DNA from: an uncultured virus (IMG/VR IMGVR_UViG_2875882051_000003)
Taxonomy: Duplodnaviria; Heunggongvirae; Uroviricota; Caudoviricetes
Virus record (IMG/VR): IMGVR_UViG_2875882051_000003
Reading direction: 5' to 3' (one strand)
Length of the DNA: 64,000 nucleotides
Shown here: piece by piece, positions 29,569 to 39,472 of the stretch
Layout of the letters: each line of letters starts with the position of its first letter
Numbering within the stretch: position 1 is the stretch's first letter
The notes under the pieces: model-generated
Databases searched by the model: none
Seen by the model: only the letters and a program-made list of their open reading frames with translations
Told to the model about the DNA's origin: nothing
Program-made: the position numbers and the translations under genes

Positions 29569-30074
29569 AACTTAAATTTTTGGGAGACGTTTGCTATTTA
29601 AAATTATAAATATTAATAGTTTGCATAATTAGCGCATATTGTGTGCAATTGAATGTGTTAAATATATATATTAGTATGATATTAGCAACTTTTATAAAAA
29701 CAATGCCAAATAGATAAATAGAAAAAAATTCATAGAAATATGAGTTTTTTTATTTTATTATAATTTTTATGTCAGATAATTAATTGTATTAACGAATATT
29801 ATATTGAGTGTATTAAAACCAATTACTTTATACTCCTTATAGGGGTGTATAACATTCATATTTACTATACTTATTATACGCTAAGTATCCTGCATTAGTT
29901 GAAGCTTTAAGTTTGCACTTGAGGAAATAGAGGCAATGCAGGATATTTTATAATAATAGTTTTCCATAATTTGTGCATTGAATATGTTATATATATGTAT
30001 TAATATAATAAAAGTGGTTTTATGGGAATATATTCATAATGTTTCAGTGATTTATAATTGTATGGAGAAAAGGT

Positions 30075-30245
30075 GTGGGTACTATAGAAAAATATGAATT
30101 AATAATTTACGAAATGAGACAAGCATTGTATACACTTATAGATAAGAAAGAAAATTTGTTAGATATGGAAGTAATAGCTGCAAGTCAAGAACTTGATAAA
30201 GCTTTGAATGAATATAATATTATTCAAAGTAGGCTATTGAAATAA
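30075..30245 (+). CDS. Spo0E-family aspartyl-phosphate phosphatase-like protein (not in track)
   Basis: GTG start after GGAG; MGTIEKYELIIYEMRQALYTLIDKKENLLDMEVIAASQELDKALNEYNIIQSRLLK contains SQELD. Confidence 0.8.
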   Translation: MGTIEKYELIIYEMRQALYTLIDKKENLLDMEVIAASQELDKALNEYNIIQSRLLK

Positions 30246-30275
30246 AAAAGATAAATAGATTATGAGGTAAGACTA

Positions 30276-30500
30276 GTGAGTAATGACGTAAATATTATAT
30301 TAGAAAAAATAAAAATGTCACCTAAAGTACGTTCTGGTAATGATTTAATAGTAGTATTATCTAGTAACGCCGTGAAATTAAGCACTGAGAGATTTAATGA
30401 AGCTGTTGAGTACATTTGGGAATGTAAATTAGTTAAGATATTAAAAGTGGAACGTAGAGGTATCTATATAGCAAAGATATATGTAGATGTAACAACGTAA
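30276..30500 (+). CDS. Hypothetical protein
   Basis: 74 aa ORF, RBS GAGGT, terminator-like hairpin at ~30507-30534. Confidence 0.6.
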   Translation: MSNDVNIILEKIKMSPKVRSGNDLIVVLSSNAVKLSTERFNEAVEYIWECKLVKILKVERRGIYIAKIYVDVTT

Positions 30501-30564
30501 TTTTTGAGAACTCTAAAAATAGGGTTCTTTTTTTATGTATTGAATATAGAAAGGAGACTTACAC

Positions 30565-30756
30565 ATGAGTAATAAAAAGAAACTAATCATAAATTTAAAA
30601 TTCAATAACCAAGAAAGAGTGGAGTGTGCTAGGTCTCCTGATTTATGTAAGGAATGTGAGGATAGACAACGATGCGAAGAATTAGAACTATTTTATTATT
30701 CTTATAGTAAGAAAGATATACTAAAATGCATAACAAACGATGAAAGGAGAAGATAA
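30565..30756 (+). CDS. Small Cys-rich hypothetical protein
   Basis: RBS AAAGGAG; CxxC. Confidence 0.6.
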   Translation: MSNKKKLIINLKFNNQERVECARSPDLCKECEDRQRCEELELFYYSYSKKDILKCITNDERRR

Positions 30757-30759
30757 TAT

Positions 30760-31992
30760 ATGACAGCAGTAGTTAATATGAATATAAGCGAAATTATTCA
30801 ATATGAAAATAATCCAAGAAATAATGATGCTGCAGTAGATAAGGTTGCAGAAAGCATTAAAGAATTTGGATTTAAAGTTCCAATAATAGTGGACAAGGAT
30901 AATATTATTATTGCAGGCCATACAAGATATAAAGCAGCTGTAAAGTTAGGATTAGAAATTGTTCCAGTAATAAAAGCTGATGATCTTACTGAACAGCAAG
31001 TTAAAGCTTTCAGGATAATGGATAATAAATCTTCAGAGTTTGCAACATGGAATTATGAAGCACTTTTAAAAGAAATGGAATCATTAAAACTTGATGACTA
31101 CAACTTAGATCTTACAGGATTTGATTTAAGTGAAATGGAACAATTAGAAGATAAATATAATCCTAAAGAGATTCAGGAAGATGAGGATTTTGATATTGAA
31201 GAGCAGCTGGAGAATATAGAAGAGCCTAAAAGCAAAAAAGGTGATATATGGCTGCTAGGTAAGAATAGATTAATGTGTGGAGATAGTACTGTAAAAGAAG
31301 ATATAGAAAAATTAATGAATGGACAAAAAGCAAAGCTTGTATTTACGGATCCGCCTTACAATGTAAACTATGAAGGTGCAACAGCCGATAAACTTACTAT
31401 AGAAAATGATAATATGTCACAAGATGAATTTTATGAGTTCCTTTCTAAAGTATTCAATAATTATTATGAGAATATGGAAGAAGGAGCTCCTATTTATGTT
31501 TGCCATGCTGATAGTGAAGGAGAAAACTTCAGGAGAACATTTAGAGAGGCTGGCCTTAAATTAGCTCAATGTATTATTTGGGTTAAAAATGCTTTTGTTA
31601 TGGGAAGGCAAGATTATCAATGGAGGCATGAACCTATTCTTTATGGATGGAAGGAAGGCAAAGCCCACTACTTTGTTGATGATAGAACACAAGATACAGT
31701 TTGGGAAATACCTAAACCAAACAGAAATGCTGAACATCCTACAATGAAACCTTTAGCATTATGTGCTAGGGCAATAAAGAATAGCAGTAAGCAAAATGAT
31801 TTAGTTATAGATTTCTTTGGTGGAAGTGGATCTACTTTAATGGCTGCAACTGAACTTAATAGAATTTGCTATACCATAGAACTTGATGAAAAATATGCCG
31901 ATGTTATTGCTTTAAGGTATATAAACAAATATGGATCAGATGAAGTTTATTTATTAAGAGATGGCAAGAAAATACCTTATTTAGAAGTTTGA
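30760..31992 (+). CDS. ParB-N-domain DNA amino-methyltransferase (beta class)
   Basis: IIAGHTR ParB-like N-terminus; DPPY, HPTMKP, DFFGGSGST. Confidence 0.9.
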   Translation: MTAVVNMNISEIIQYENNPRNNDAAVDKVAESIKEFGFKVPIIVDKDNIIIAGHTRYKAAVKLGLEIVPVIKADDLTEQQVKAFRIMDNKSSEFATWNYEALLKEMESLKLDDYNLDLTGFDLSEMEQLEDKYNPKEIQEDEDFDIEEQLENIEEPKSKKGDIWLLGKNRLMCGDSTVKEDIEKLMNGQKAKLVFTDPPYNVNYEGATADKLTIENDNMSQDEFYEFLSKVFNNYYENMEEGAPIYVCHADSEGENFRRTFREAGLKLAQCIIWVKNAFVMGRQDYQWRHEPILYGWKEGKAHYFVDDRTQDTVWEIPKPNRNAEHPTMKPLALCARAIKNSSKQNDLVIDFFGGSGSTLMAATELNRICYTIELDEKYADVIALRYINKYGSDEVYLLRDGKKIPYLEV

Positions 31993-32072
31993 TTAGTTTA
32001 ATAAAAATGACTTGCAATTAATGTGTTTCAGAGTGATTAATGTACTAACGAAAGAACACGGAGGTATTGAAT

Positions 32073-32384
32073 ATGAAAGCATTATTTGGAAATAAGGTAT
32101 TAAATTTAAATGAACTAAAAGGACTAAAGAAAAAAGCGAATGAAGAGGAAATAAAAAATATAGAGTATCAAGTAACAAAAGAAATTGAATTAACTGATAA
32201 AGAATATAAAGAATTTATAGAAAACTTCAGCAAGGATCAACCTTGGATAACAGAAGATGATGGAGGTATAAATGAAAAAGGAGAATTTTTATGTATAAGA
32301 ATTAGAAAGGCTAAAAATAAGAAAGGAGTATTAGTAAATTCAGAAGGATATACATACCCAAGATATGTTGCAATAGAGAGTTAA
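32073..32384 (+). CDS. Hypothetical protein
   Basis: RBS GGAGGT; terminator-like hairpin at 32388-32410. Confidence 0.65.
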   Translation: MKALFGNKVLNLNELKGLKKKANEEEIKNIEYQVTKEIELTDKEYKEFIENFSKDQPWITEDDGGINEKGEFLCIRIRKAKNKKGVLVNSEGYTYPRYVAIES

Positions 32385-32444
32385 GATAAGCCCAATTAAA
32401 GGGCTTTTTTGTGTTTCTAAGAAAACTCCTAAGGGAGTGAAAAT

Positions 32445-32828
32445 GTGAAAGGAAAAGATATATTTGATGAAAAGAAGTTAGATGAAGCCAAAGAATTATC
32501 TAAACAAGGATATACTGAGGCTGAATTAGCTAAAAAGTTAAATATAAGTGTTGGAACTCTAAATGAATGGAAAAACACTTATCCAGAGCTTATGAAAATT
32601 ATAAAAGAGGATAATGAGTATTATGAGGATAAGGTCGAGCAGGCGCTGATTAAAAGAGCTTTAGGATATGAATATGAAGAGACTGAGATAGTGGCTAGTA
32701 AAGACGGAAAGACTTCCAGAGTAAAGAAGATTAAAAGAGAAGTTCCGCCAGATACTAATGCCATTATTTTTTGGTTAAAAAGCAGGAATCCAAAGAAATG
32801 GCGCAATTACAAAACGAACTTTAATTAG
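32445..32828 (+). CDS. HTH protein of the packaging region
   Basis: HTH; VE.AL.KRALGY..PDT.AIIFWLK.R motif. Confidence 0.7.
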   Translation: MKGKDIFDEKKLDEAKELSKQGYTEAELAKKLNISVGTLNEWKNTYPELMKIIKEDNEYYEDKVEQALIKRALGYEYEETEIVASKDGKTSRVKKIKREVPPDTNAIIFWLKSRNPKKWRNYKTNFN

Positions 32829-32850
32829 TGTCAGGTGGTGAAAATAGAAT

Positions 32851-33633
32851 ATGCCAAGGCAAAGAAGTCCGGATAGAGATAAGGCTTATGAGATTTTTAA
32901 GGAGCATGGTGGAAATATTCAAAATAGAAAGATCGCTAATATTTTAGACATTCCTGAAAAAACTATCTCCGGTTGGAAAGTTAAAGATAAATGGAATGAG
33001 AAACTGAATGGAGTACTCCAAACAAAAATACGGAGTACTCCAAAAGAAAAGAAGAAACGAGGTGCCCCGAGTGGGAGTAAAAATGCACTTGGAAATAAAG
33101 GCGGTCCTGGAGGAGCACCAGGAAATAAGAATGCAGAGAAGTTTGGTTTCTTTTCAAAGATACTTCCTGAAAGTACTTTAGAGATAATCAAGGCCATTGA
33201 TGAAAAAGATCCACTAGATATTCTATGGGAGAATATTCAGATTCAATATGCGGCAATACTAAGAGCTCAAAATATTATGTATGTTGAGAACAAGGATGAA
33301 ATTATTAAGGAAATTAAAAAGAAGAAAGAACTTTATTCAGAAAATAGTGAGTGTAATGAAATAGAGTATGAATTTCAATTTGCTTGGGATAGACAAGCCG
33401 CTTTTCTTAATGCTCAAAGTAGAGCTATGGCTGAACTTAGAGGTCAGATTAAACAGTATGATGAAATGCTACATAAGAATTGGGATATGGCTACTGAAGA
33501 ACAGAAGCTTAGAATTAATAAGCTAAAAGCCGATATAGAAAACTCTGGGGGGAATAATAAAACTGATGAAGCTAAGTTATGGGCAAATACAATACAAGAA
33601 ATAGCAGCAAAGAGACGTGATAATAATGGATAA
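32851..33633 (+). CDS. terS: Terminase small subunit
   Basis: MPRQRSPDRD.., GAP.GNKNA repeats; directly upstream of terL. Confidence 0.85.
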   Translation: MPRQRSPDRDKAYEIFKEHGGNIQNRKIANILDIPEKTISGWKVKDKWNEKLNGVLQTKIRSTPKEKKKRGAPSGSKNALGNKGGPGGAPGNKNAEKFGFFSKILPESTLEIIKAIDEKDPLDILWENIQIQYAAILRAQNIMYVENKDEIIKEIKKKKELYSENSECNEIEYEFQFAWDRQAAFLNAQSRAMAELRGQIKQYDEMLHKNWDMATEEQKLRINKLKADIENSGGNNKTDEAKLWANTIQEIAAKRRDNNG

Positions 33634-35038
33634 ATCATTAATAACTTTACTAGATACATATTGGGATAATCCGGTGTGGTTTGCAGAGGATATGATGAAT
33701 TTTCATGCTGACAAATGGCAAAGTGAGGTACTAATGGCTTTAGCTCAAAGTCCTAAAGTAAGTGTGCGTTCTGGCCAAGGTGTAGGGAAAACTGGATTAG
33801 AGAGTATAGTTGTTACCTGGTATTTATGTACTAGGCCATTTCCTAAAGTTATTGCAACAGCTCCAACTAGACAGCAGCTTTATGATGTACTATGGGCTGA
33901 AATATCTAAGTGGTTAGCCAGTAGTAAAATAGAGAATTTATTAGAATGGACTAAAACTAAAATCTATATGAAAGGCTATAGTGAACGTTGGTGGGCAACT
34001 GCTAAGACTGCTACTAGACCTGAGAATATGCAAGGTTTCCATGAAGATTATATGTTGTTTGTAGTTGATGAAGCATCTGGTGTAGCTGATCCTATTATGG
34101 AGGCTATATTAGGAACATTAACAGGATATGAAAATAAGCTGCTTATGTGTGGTAACCCAACAAGAACATCTGGAACTTTTTACGATAGCCATAATAGAGA
34201 TAGAGATTTATATAAAACATTTAAAGTATCATCGCTGGAGAGCCCAAGAACTAGTAAAGACAATATAGAAATGCTAAAAAGAAAATATCATGAAGGTTCT
34301 GATGTGTGGAGAGTCAGAGTTGAGGGAGAGTTTCCTAAGGGAGAAAGTGATTCTCTTATTAGTCTTGAGTATGCAGAAACAGCTACAATAACAAAGATTA
34401 ATAATATCCATAATAACTTTACTCTACATATAGGCGCCGATATAGCTAGATTTGGTAATGATGAATCAGTTATAGCCCCTAGAATAGGCAATAAGGTATT
34501 TGATTTATTGACATACACTAAAAAAGATACTATGGAGACTACAGGTAATATATTAAGGGCTACAGATAAATTCAAGAATGAGTATAAGCATATTAACAAA
34601 GTAAAAATAAGAGTTGATGATGATGGTCTTGGTGGAGGTGTAACTGATAGGCTAAGGGAAGTTATAAGGCAAGAAGGATTGGGATATGAAGTAATGCCAA
34701 TTAAGAATGGTTCTAAAGCTAATGACGAAGAACACTATTCTGATAAGTCAGCCGAAATGTGGGGTAATATGAGAGATATCCTTGAAGAGAATTTTACTAA
34801 CTTTGTACAAGGTAAAGAATCCACAATAGAACTACCGAATAATGATAAGCTCATTAAACAGCTATCTAACAGAAAGTTCAGAATAGATTCTAAGGGCAGG
34901 ATAGATCTTGAGAAGAAAGAGGAAATGAAAAAGAGAATAGGAGAATCACCAGACTTAGCGGATGCTGTTATATATTCATTTGCTGAGAATGGAATTAGTG
35001 ATTTATCTTTACTGAAAGGAGGACGAATATGGGGTTAA
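33626..35038 (+). CDS. terL: Terminase large subunit
   Basis: SGQGVGKT, VVDEASG, GNP, DIARFGND, SPDLADA motifs. Confidence 0.93.
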   Translation: MDKSLITLLDTYWDNPVWFAEDMMNFHADKWQSEVLMALAQSPKVSVRSGQGVGKTGLESIVVTWYLCTRPFPKVIATAPTRQQLYDVLWAEISKWLASSKIENLLEWTKTKIYMKGYSERWWATAKTATRPENMQGFHEDYMLFVVDEASGVADPIMEAILGTLTGYENKLLMCGNPTRTSGTFYDSHNRDRDLYKTFKVSSLESPRTSKDNIEMLKRKYHEGSDVWRVRVEGEFPKGESDSLISLEYAETATITKINNIHNNFTLHIGADIARFGNDESVIAPRIGNKVFDLLTYTKKDTMETTGNILRATDKFKNEYKHINKVKIRVDDDGLGGGVTDRLREVIRQEGLGYEVMPIKNGSKANDEEHYSDKSAEMWGNMRDILEENFTNFVQGKESTIELPNNDKLIKQLSNRKFRIDSKGRIDLEKKEEMKKRIGESPDLADAVIYSFAENGISDLSLLKGGRIWG

Positions 35039-36528
35039 AATCATTTATTAGTAGTTTATTTAAGAAGAAACCTAGTGGAGAAATGATGAGATCAGAAGGC
35101 GGTTCTTATGGTGGCGTTTATTCTTTAAATTCAAGCAAAGTTAACTATGAAGTGGCTAGGCAGCTCTACAATAATACAAAAGACGATTATAAGTTGGGAA
35201 GCTCATTTGTAAAACCTATTATAAATAGTACAGTAGGATTTATGGGAGTACCACATTTTATTACAGAAGATGAAAATGCACAGCCAATATTAGATGATTT
35301 TATACTAGATAATACTTCAAAAATGTTAAGGACCCATAGTAATGCTTTAAAATTAGGAGATTGTTATATATGGATTACTAGAGAAGAAAAAGAAAATCCT
35401 TTGTATCCAGATAAACCAGTAATGCTAATGTACAATATAATTCCTCCTGAAGAAGTAGATGATATAATTTTAGATTCAACGACAAAAGAACCTATAGCAT
35501 ATATCTTAAAAAGTGAACAGGAATGGACAGATTTAGAAGGTAATAAAAAGAAAGCTAAGATTAGACAAGTTATAACGGCAGAAAAGAGGATCATTGAGGT
35601 TGATGGGGATATTCCAGAAGGGATGGAACCAGGTGAAATACAAAATCCATGGGGATTTGTTCCCATAGTACATTTTAAGAATGAACCAGATGAAACAATG
35701 AAGTTTGGACAGTCAGATATTGAACCTATAGAGCCACTTTTAAAAGCTTACCATGATGTTATGATGCATGCTCTCAAGGGAAGTAAAATGCATAGCACAC
35801 CTAAGCTTAAAATAAAGCTCAAAGATGTAGCAGGATTTTTAAGAAATAACTTTGGAGTAGAGGATCCAGTAAAATTTGCGAAAGATGGAGGTAAAGTAAA
35901 TCTTGATGGCCATGAAATATTATTTTTAACGGAAGGAGAGGACGCTTCATTTGTAGAGGTTAATAGCGCTACAGGAGATGCTCAGATATTATTAAAACTT
36001 TTATTCTATTGCATAGTAGACGTATCAGAAACACCAGAATTTATATTTGGAGTCCATACCCCAAGTGCGTTAGCTAGTGTGAAAGAACAAATGCCAATAA
36101 TGGTTAATAAAATAAGGCGTAAGAGAGAGCAGTTTACAGAACAGTGGCAAACATTAGCCAGAATGATTTTAATTATGTCAGCTAAATCTGTAGGAGCTAA
36201 TTTTACTTCTTATAGCGTTACCTTGGGATGGGATGAGGTTAATTCTAAAGATGATAAAGAACTTGCTGAGACTCTTGAAAAAGTATGTAATTCTCTAGAT
36301 AAAGCTTTATCAGGTAACTTTATTAGCGAAGAAGCAGCTGTGAACTTTCTATCTAAGTATATTGATACAATGAGTGACTACATAAGCGATGATCCAGAGA
36401 TAGTAGGAGAAAGAGAAAAGATAATAAAGACTAAGATGCTTAGATATAGGCTTGATGATGCTGGAGGATTGGAGAATGAGAAGGAGGAGATAGAAAATGA
36501 AATAGGTAAGGTTGATAAAGATGAGTAA
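35029..36528 (+). CDS. Portal protein
   Basis: 499 aa, follows terL; PIVHFKN..GQSD motif. Confidence 0.85.
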   Translation: MGLKSFISSLFKKKPSGEMMRSEGGSYGGVYSLNSSKVNYEVARQLYNNTKDDYKLGSSFVKPIINSTVGFMGVPHFITEDENAQPILDDFILDNTSKMLRTHSNALKLGDCYIWITREEKENPLYPDKPVMLMYNIIPPEEVDDIILDSTTKEPIAYILKSEQEWTDLEGNKKKAKIRQVITAEKRIIEVDGDIPEGMEPGEIQNPWGFVPIVHFKNEPDETMKFGQSDIEPIEPLLKAYHDVMMHALKGSKMHSTPKLKIKLKDVAGFLRNNFGVEDPVKFAKDGGKVNLDGHEILFLTEGEDASFVEVNSATGDAQILLKLLFYCIVDVSETPEFIFGVHTPSALASVKEQMPIMVNKIRRKREQFTEQWQTLARMILIMSAKSVGANFTSYSVTLGWDEVNSKDDKELAETLEKVCNSLDKALSGNFISEEAAVNFLSKYIDTMSDYISDDPEIVGEREKIIKTKMLRYRLDDAGGLENEKEEIENEIGKVDKDE

Positions 36529-37531
36529 AGAAATTGATGAATTAAAATCAATAGCTGGAGATTATAAAACGTGGGCACTACAAGCTAGAAAAAAGTTTAT
36601 AGATTTAAGACTAAGGCAAGATATAGAAATTAGAGATCTATATATAAAGCTTACTAGAAATATATCTAAAGAATTAAAAAAGGGAGGACTTTCTCCTATA
36701 AGTAAGAAAAAGTTACAACAGATATATAGTGCTTTAAAAAAAGCTGAAGACAATTTAAATGGTCAACTCACCATTAATTTTGAAAAGTACACTAGAGAAA
36801 ATATAGAAGCTGCTACAGGATACTCAAAAGCAATTACAATAGATGTTATAGGAAAGTCCGGCTTAAATAAAATAACTGCATCTAATATAAATAAAGTATA
36901 TTTTAAAGTAAATGAAAGAGCAGTAGAAGCTATATGGAGCAGAACACAAAATGGTTTATATCTTTCAGATAGAATATGGTCCAAAGCTCAAAAGTATAGA
37001 AAGAATATGGCTGATGTGATTCAAGCAGCAGTATCAGAAGGTAAAGATTGTACTAAGACTGCAAGAGCATTAGAACAGTATGTGCTAAAAGGAAAGAAAA
37101 CACTAGCATCAGAATATCCAAATATGATGGCTAGAATGGGAAATAGAGTACCAAGTGATGTGAGTTATGAAGCTTTGAGACTTGCGAGAACTGAAATGAC
37201 ATCAGCTTTCGGCGAAGCTACTTTATCAGCAGCCAAAGTTAGTCCAAGTTGTAGAGGAGTTAAATATATACTTTCAGCTTCGCATCCAAAACCAGATATA
37301 TGTGATGACATTACTGGAACTGATAAGCATGGATTAGGTATAGGTGTTTATCCTATAGATGAAGCACCAGTGTATCCATTTCATCCTAATTGCTTATGTA
37401 TAACAACTACAGTGAATGAAAGACCAGAAGATTTTGTTCAAAGGTTAAAGAGATGGGATAGGGATCCAACAAGTGAACCTAGTATTGAAAACTGGTACCA
37501 AGATGTTTATAAAAAAATGAATAATATCTAA
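36521..37531 (+). CDS. Minor capsid / head morphogenesis protein
   Basis: RLARTE and C-terminal CD..P.HPNC.C. Confidence 0.85.
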   Translation: MSKEIDELKSIAGDYKTWALQARKKFIDLRLRQDIEIRDLYIKLTRNISKELKKGGLSPISKKKLQQIYSALKKAEDNLNGQLTINFEKYTRENIEAATGYSKAITIDVIGKSGLNKITASNINKVYFKVNERAVEAIWSRTQNGLYLSDRIWSKAQKYRKNMADVIQAAVSEGKDCTKTARALEQYVLKGKKTLASEYPNMMARMGNRVPSDVSYEALRLARTEMTSAFGEATLSAAKVSPSCRGVKYILSASHPKPDICDDITGTDKHGLGIGVYPIDEAPVYPFHPNCLCITTTVNERPEDFVQRLKRWDRDPTSEPSIENWYQDVYKKMNNI

Positions 37532-37656
37532 TAAGTTAGGTTGCTTAGTATAAAGTCTTATAAATGAATTAAGGCTTTTTTTATTTTCTGAAAGTAAGTG
37601 AAATTACTCTTAATTATGCTTTCAGATTTAATTATATGAAAGGTGGTGAAGTAAAA

Positions 37657-39051
37657 ATGTATATTAATAACGCAGTAGGTGAAATGTCTGAAACTTACGG
37701 AGAAATGGATTCTGTAAATGCTGTTATATCTCAAATAAAACCAGGTGATATTCCATTGGCACAAGGAGTAGATTTAGATTCTATGAAATCAATGGATAGT
37801 GATCCGTTAGAGATAGTTGTAGAAATACCAGCTACTAAAAGTAAACGAGGTTGGAATTATACTCCTAAAAGTTTAAAAGATATTGTAGATTACACTAATG
37901 AAAATACTCTTAATGGCTTTTTGGGGCATCAAAAGGCAGAGAATATAAGTACAGAGTTTGTTCCTCCAGCTACACATTGGATAGGCGCTGAAATGAAAGA
38001 TAATAAGGCTTATTTTAGAGGTCTAGTTGATGCTGATGCTACAAACTTAAAAAGGTGGATAAGAACAGGTAGGATAAAGGAAGTAAGCATATTTGGCTAT
38101 CCTAAACTAAAAAAAGGAGCTAAAGGAGAGATGGATGTAGTAGGATACAATCCATTATCTATAGACTGGACTCCTTTGCATAGACCAGGTATGCCCACAA
38201 AAATAGTAAGTATGGAAATGTCTGATGTGAAAGATCAGATAGGTGGAGAACAACTAGATGGTACATTCGAAAAGCTAAGAGAAGACTTAATGGATGCTGC
38301 TAAAGTCTACTTTAATGCTAACAATAATGGAAGTTATGTTTGGGTAAGAAGTATTAGATACGATGATAGCACAGTTATAGTTGAGTATGAACAGCAAAAC
38401 TTACCTAGCAAGCTATATAGTATTCCATTTACTATAAACAATGATCAAGTTGTTCTAGGAGATAAGACAGAAGTTTCAGAGAAAAGAATATATGAACCTG
38501 TAACTACAGGGGAAATGAGTCAAGGAGGAAGTGAAAGTATGAATTTTGCAGAGATAATGAAGAATCTTAAAGGGTTACTACAAACTGGTGAAGTAACATA
38601 TTCACAAGTATTAGGAGAAATGGGACTTACAACAGATAAAATTGCAGGAGAAATGGAGGATATTAAAGTAGCGGTAGAAGCGCAAGACACTTTAAACAAG
38701 GTAAAAGAAGCTTTAAATGTAAGTGGTGAAATGGATGTAGTAGAGTTTGCTAAAAAAGCAGGTGAAGCTATAGAGCATAGTAAGAAAGATGATCTTGCTA
38801 AAACAATTGATGAGGTTATTAATGAAAAAGTAGTTGGAGAAATGGCTCAAGGCTTAGTTAAGAAGATGCTTAAGGTAGAAGAAGGAGCAACTAAAGAAAT
38901 CATAGCTGGAGAAATAGATTCTATATTAGCAGATGATTTTATAAAGAATTTAATTTCTAGTAATCATGTTGATATGCCAGCTGGAACTGCGACTCCAAGT
39001 AGCGGAGATAAAACAACATCAACATTAAAAGTAAAAAGAGCAAGTATTTAA
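37657..39051 (+). CDS. Putative prohead protease/scaffold protein
   Basis: Position between portal and capsid genes; GFLGH and EVSIFG; helical C-terminus with internal RBS. Confidence 0.65.
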   Translation: MYINNAVGEMSETYGEMDSVNAVISQIKPGDIPLAQGVDLDSMKSMDSDPLEIVVEIPATKSKRGWNYTPKSLKDIVDYTNENTLNGFLGHQKAENISTEFVPPATHWIGAEMKDNKAYFRGLVDADATNLKRWIRTGRIKEVSIFGYPKLKKGAKGEMDVVGYNPLSIDWTPLHRPGMPTKIVSMEMSDVKDQIGGEQLDGTFEKLREDLMDAAKVYFNANNNGSYVWVRSIRYDDSTVIVEYEQQNLPSKLYSIPFTINNDQVVLGDKTEVSEKRIYEPVTTGEMSQGGSESMNFAEIMKNLKGLLQTGEVTYSQVLGEMGLTTDKIAGEMEDIKVAVEAQDTLNKVKEALNVSGEMDVVEFAKKAGEAIEHSKKDDLAKTIDEVINEKVVGEMAQGLVKKMLKVEEGATKEIIAGEIDSILADDFIKNLISSNHVDMPAGTATPSSGDKTTSTLKVKRASI

Positions 39052-39069
39052 TAAGAGGAGGAATGGATA

Positions 39070-39447
39070 ATGGCATTTAAAGGACAACCAGTACCAACAA
39101 CATTAGAAACTATTGCAGGTTGCAAAATAAGTGATGGTAAATCAGTAAGAGTTGTATCAAGTGAAGCGGTGGAAGATGGCCATTTTTATTTAATAAATAA
39201 TTTTTTTGGAATGGCAGTTCAATCAGCAGAAGCTGGTGAAGAGGTAATTTTAAGCATTGAGCAGGCTGAATATGAAACTGAACAAATAAATACTGAAGAA
39301 GCTTTTGCAGTAGGTGCAACCATTTATTATGATGATGAACACAAAAGATTAACTGAAACAGAGGGGATAAACAGAAAGGTAGGAAGAGTTACTGCAGCTA
39401 AAGATACCAATAATGTAATCTGGTTCATATTAGGACCACAAGTATAG
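39070..39447 (+). CDS. DUF2190-like capsid cement/decoration protein
   Basis: Position; FGMA, FAVG..IYYD, VGRV pattern. Confidence 0.65.
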   Translation: MAFKGQPVPTTLETIAGCKISDGKSVRVVSSEAVEDGHFYLINNFFGMAVQSAEAGEEVILSIEQAEYETEQINTEEAFAVGATIYYDDEHKRLTETEGINRKVGRVTAAKDTNNVIWFILGPQV

Positions 39448-39472
39448 AAAATCTAAAGGAGTGATTTAAAGT

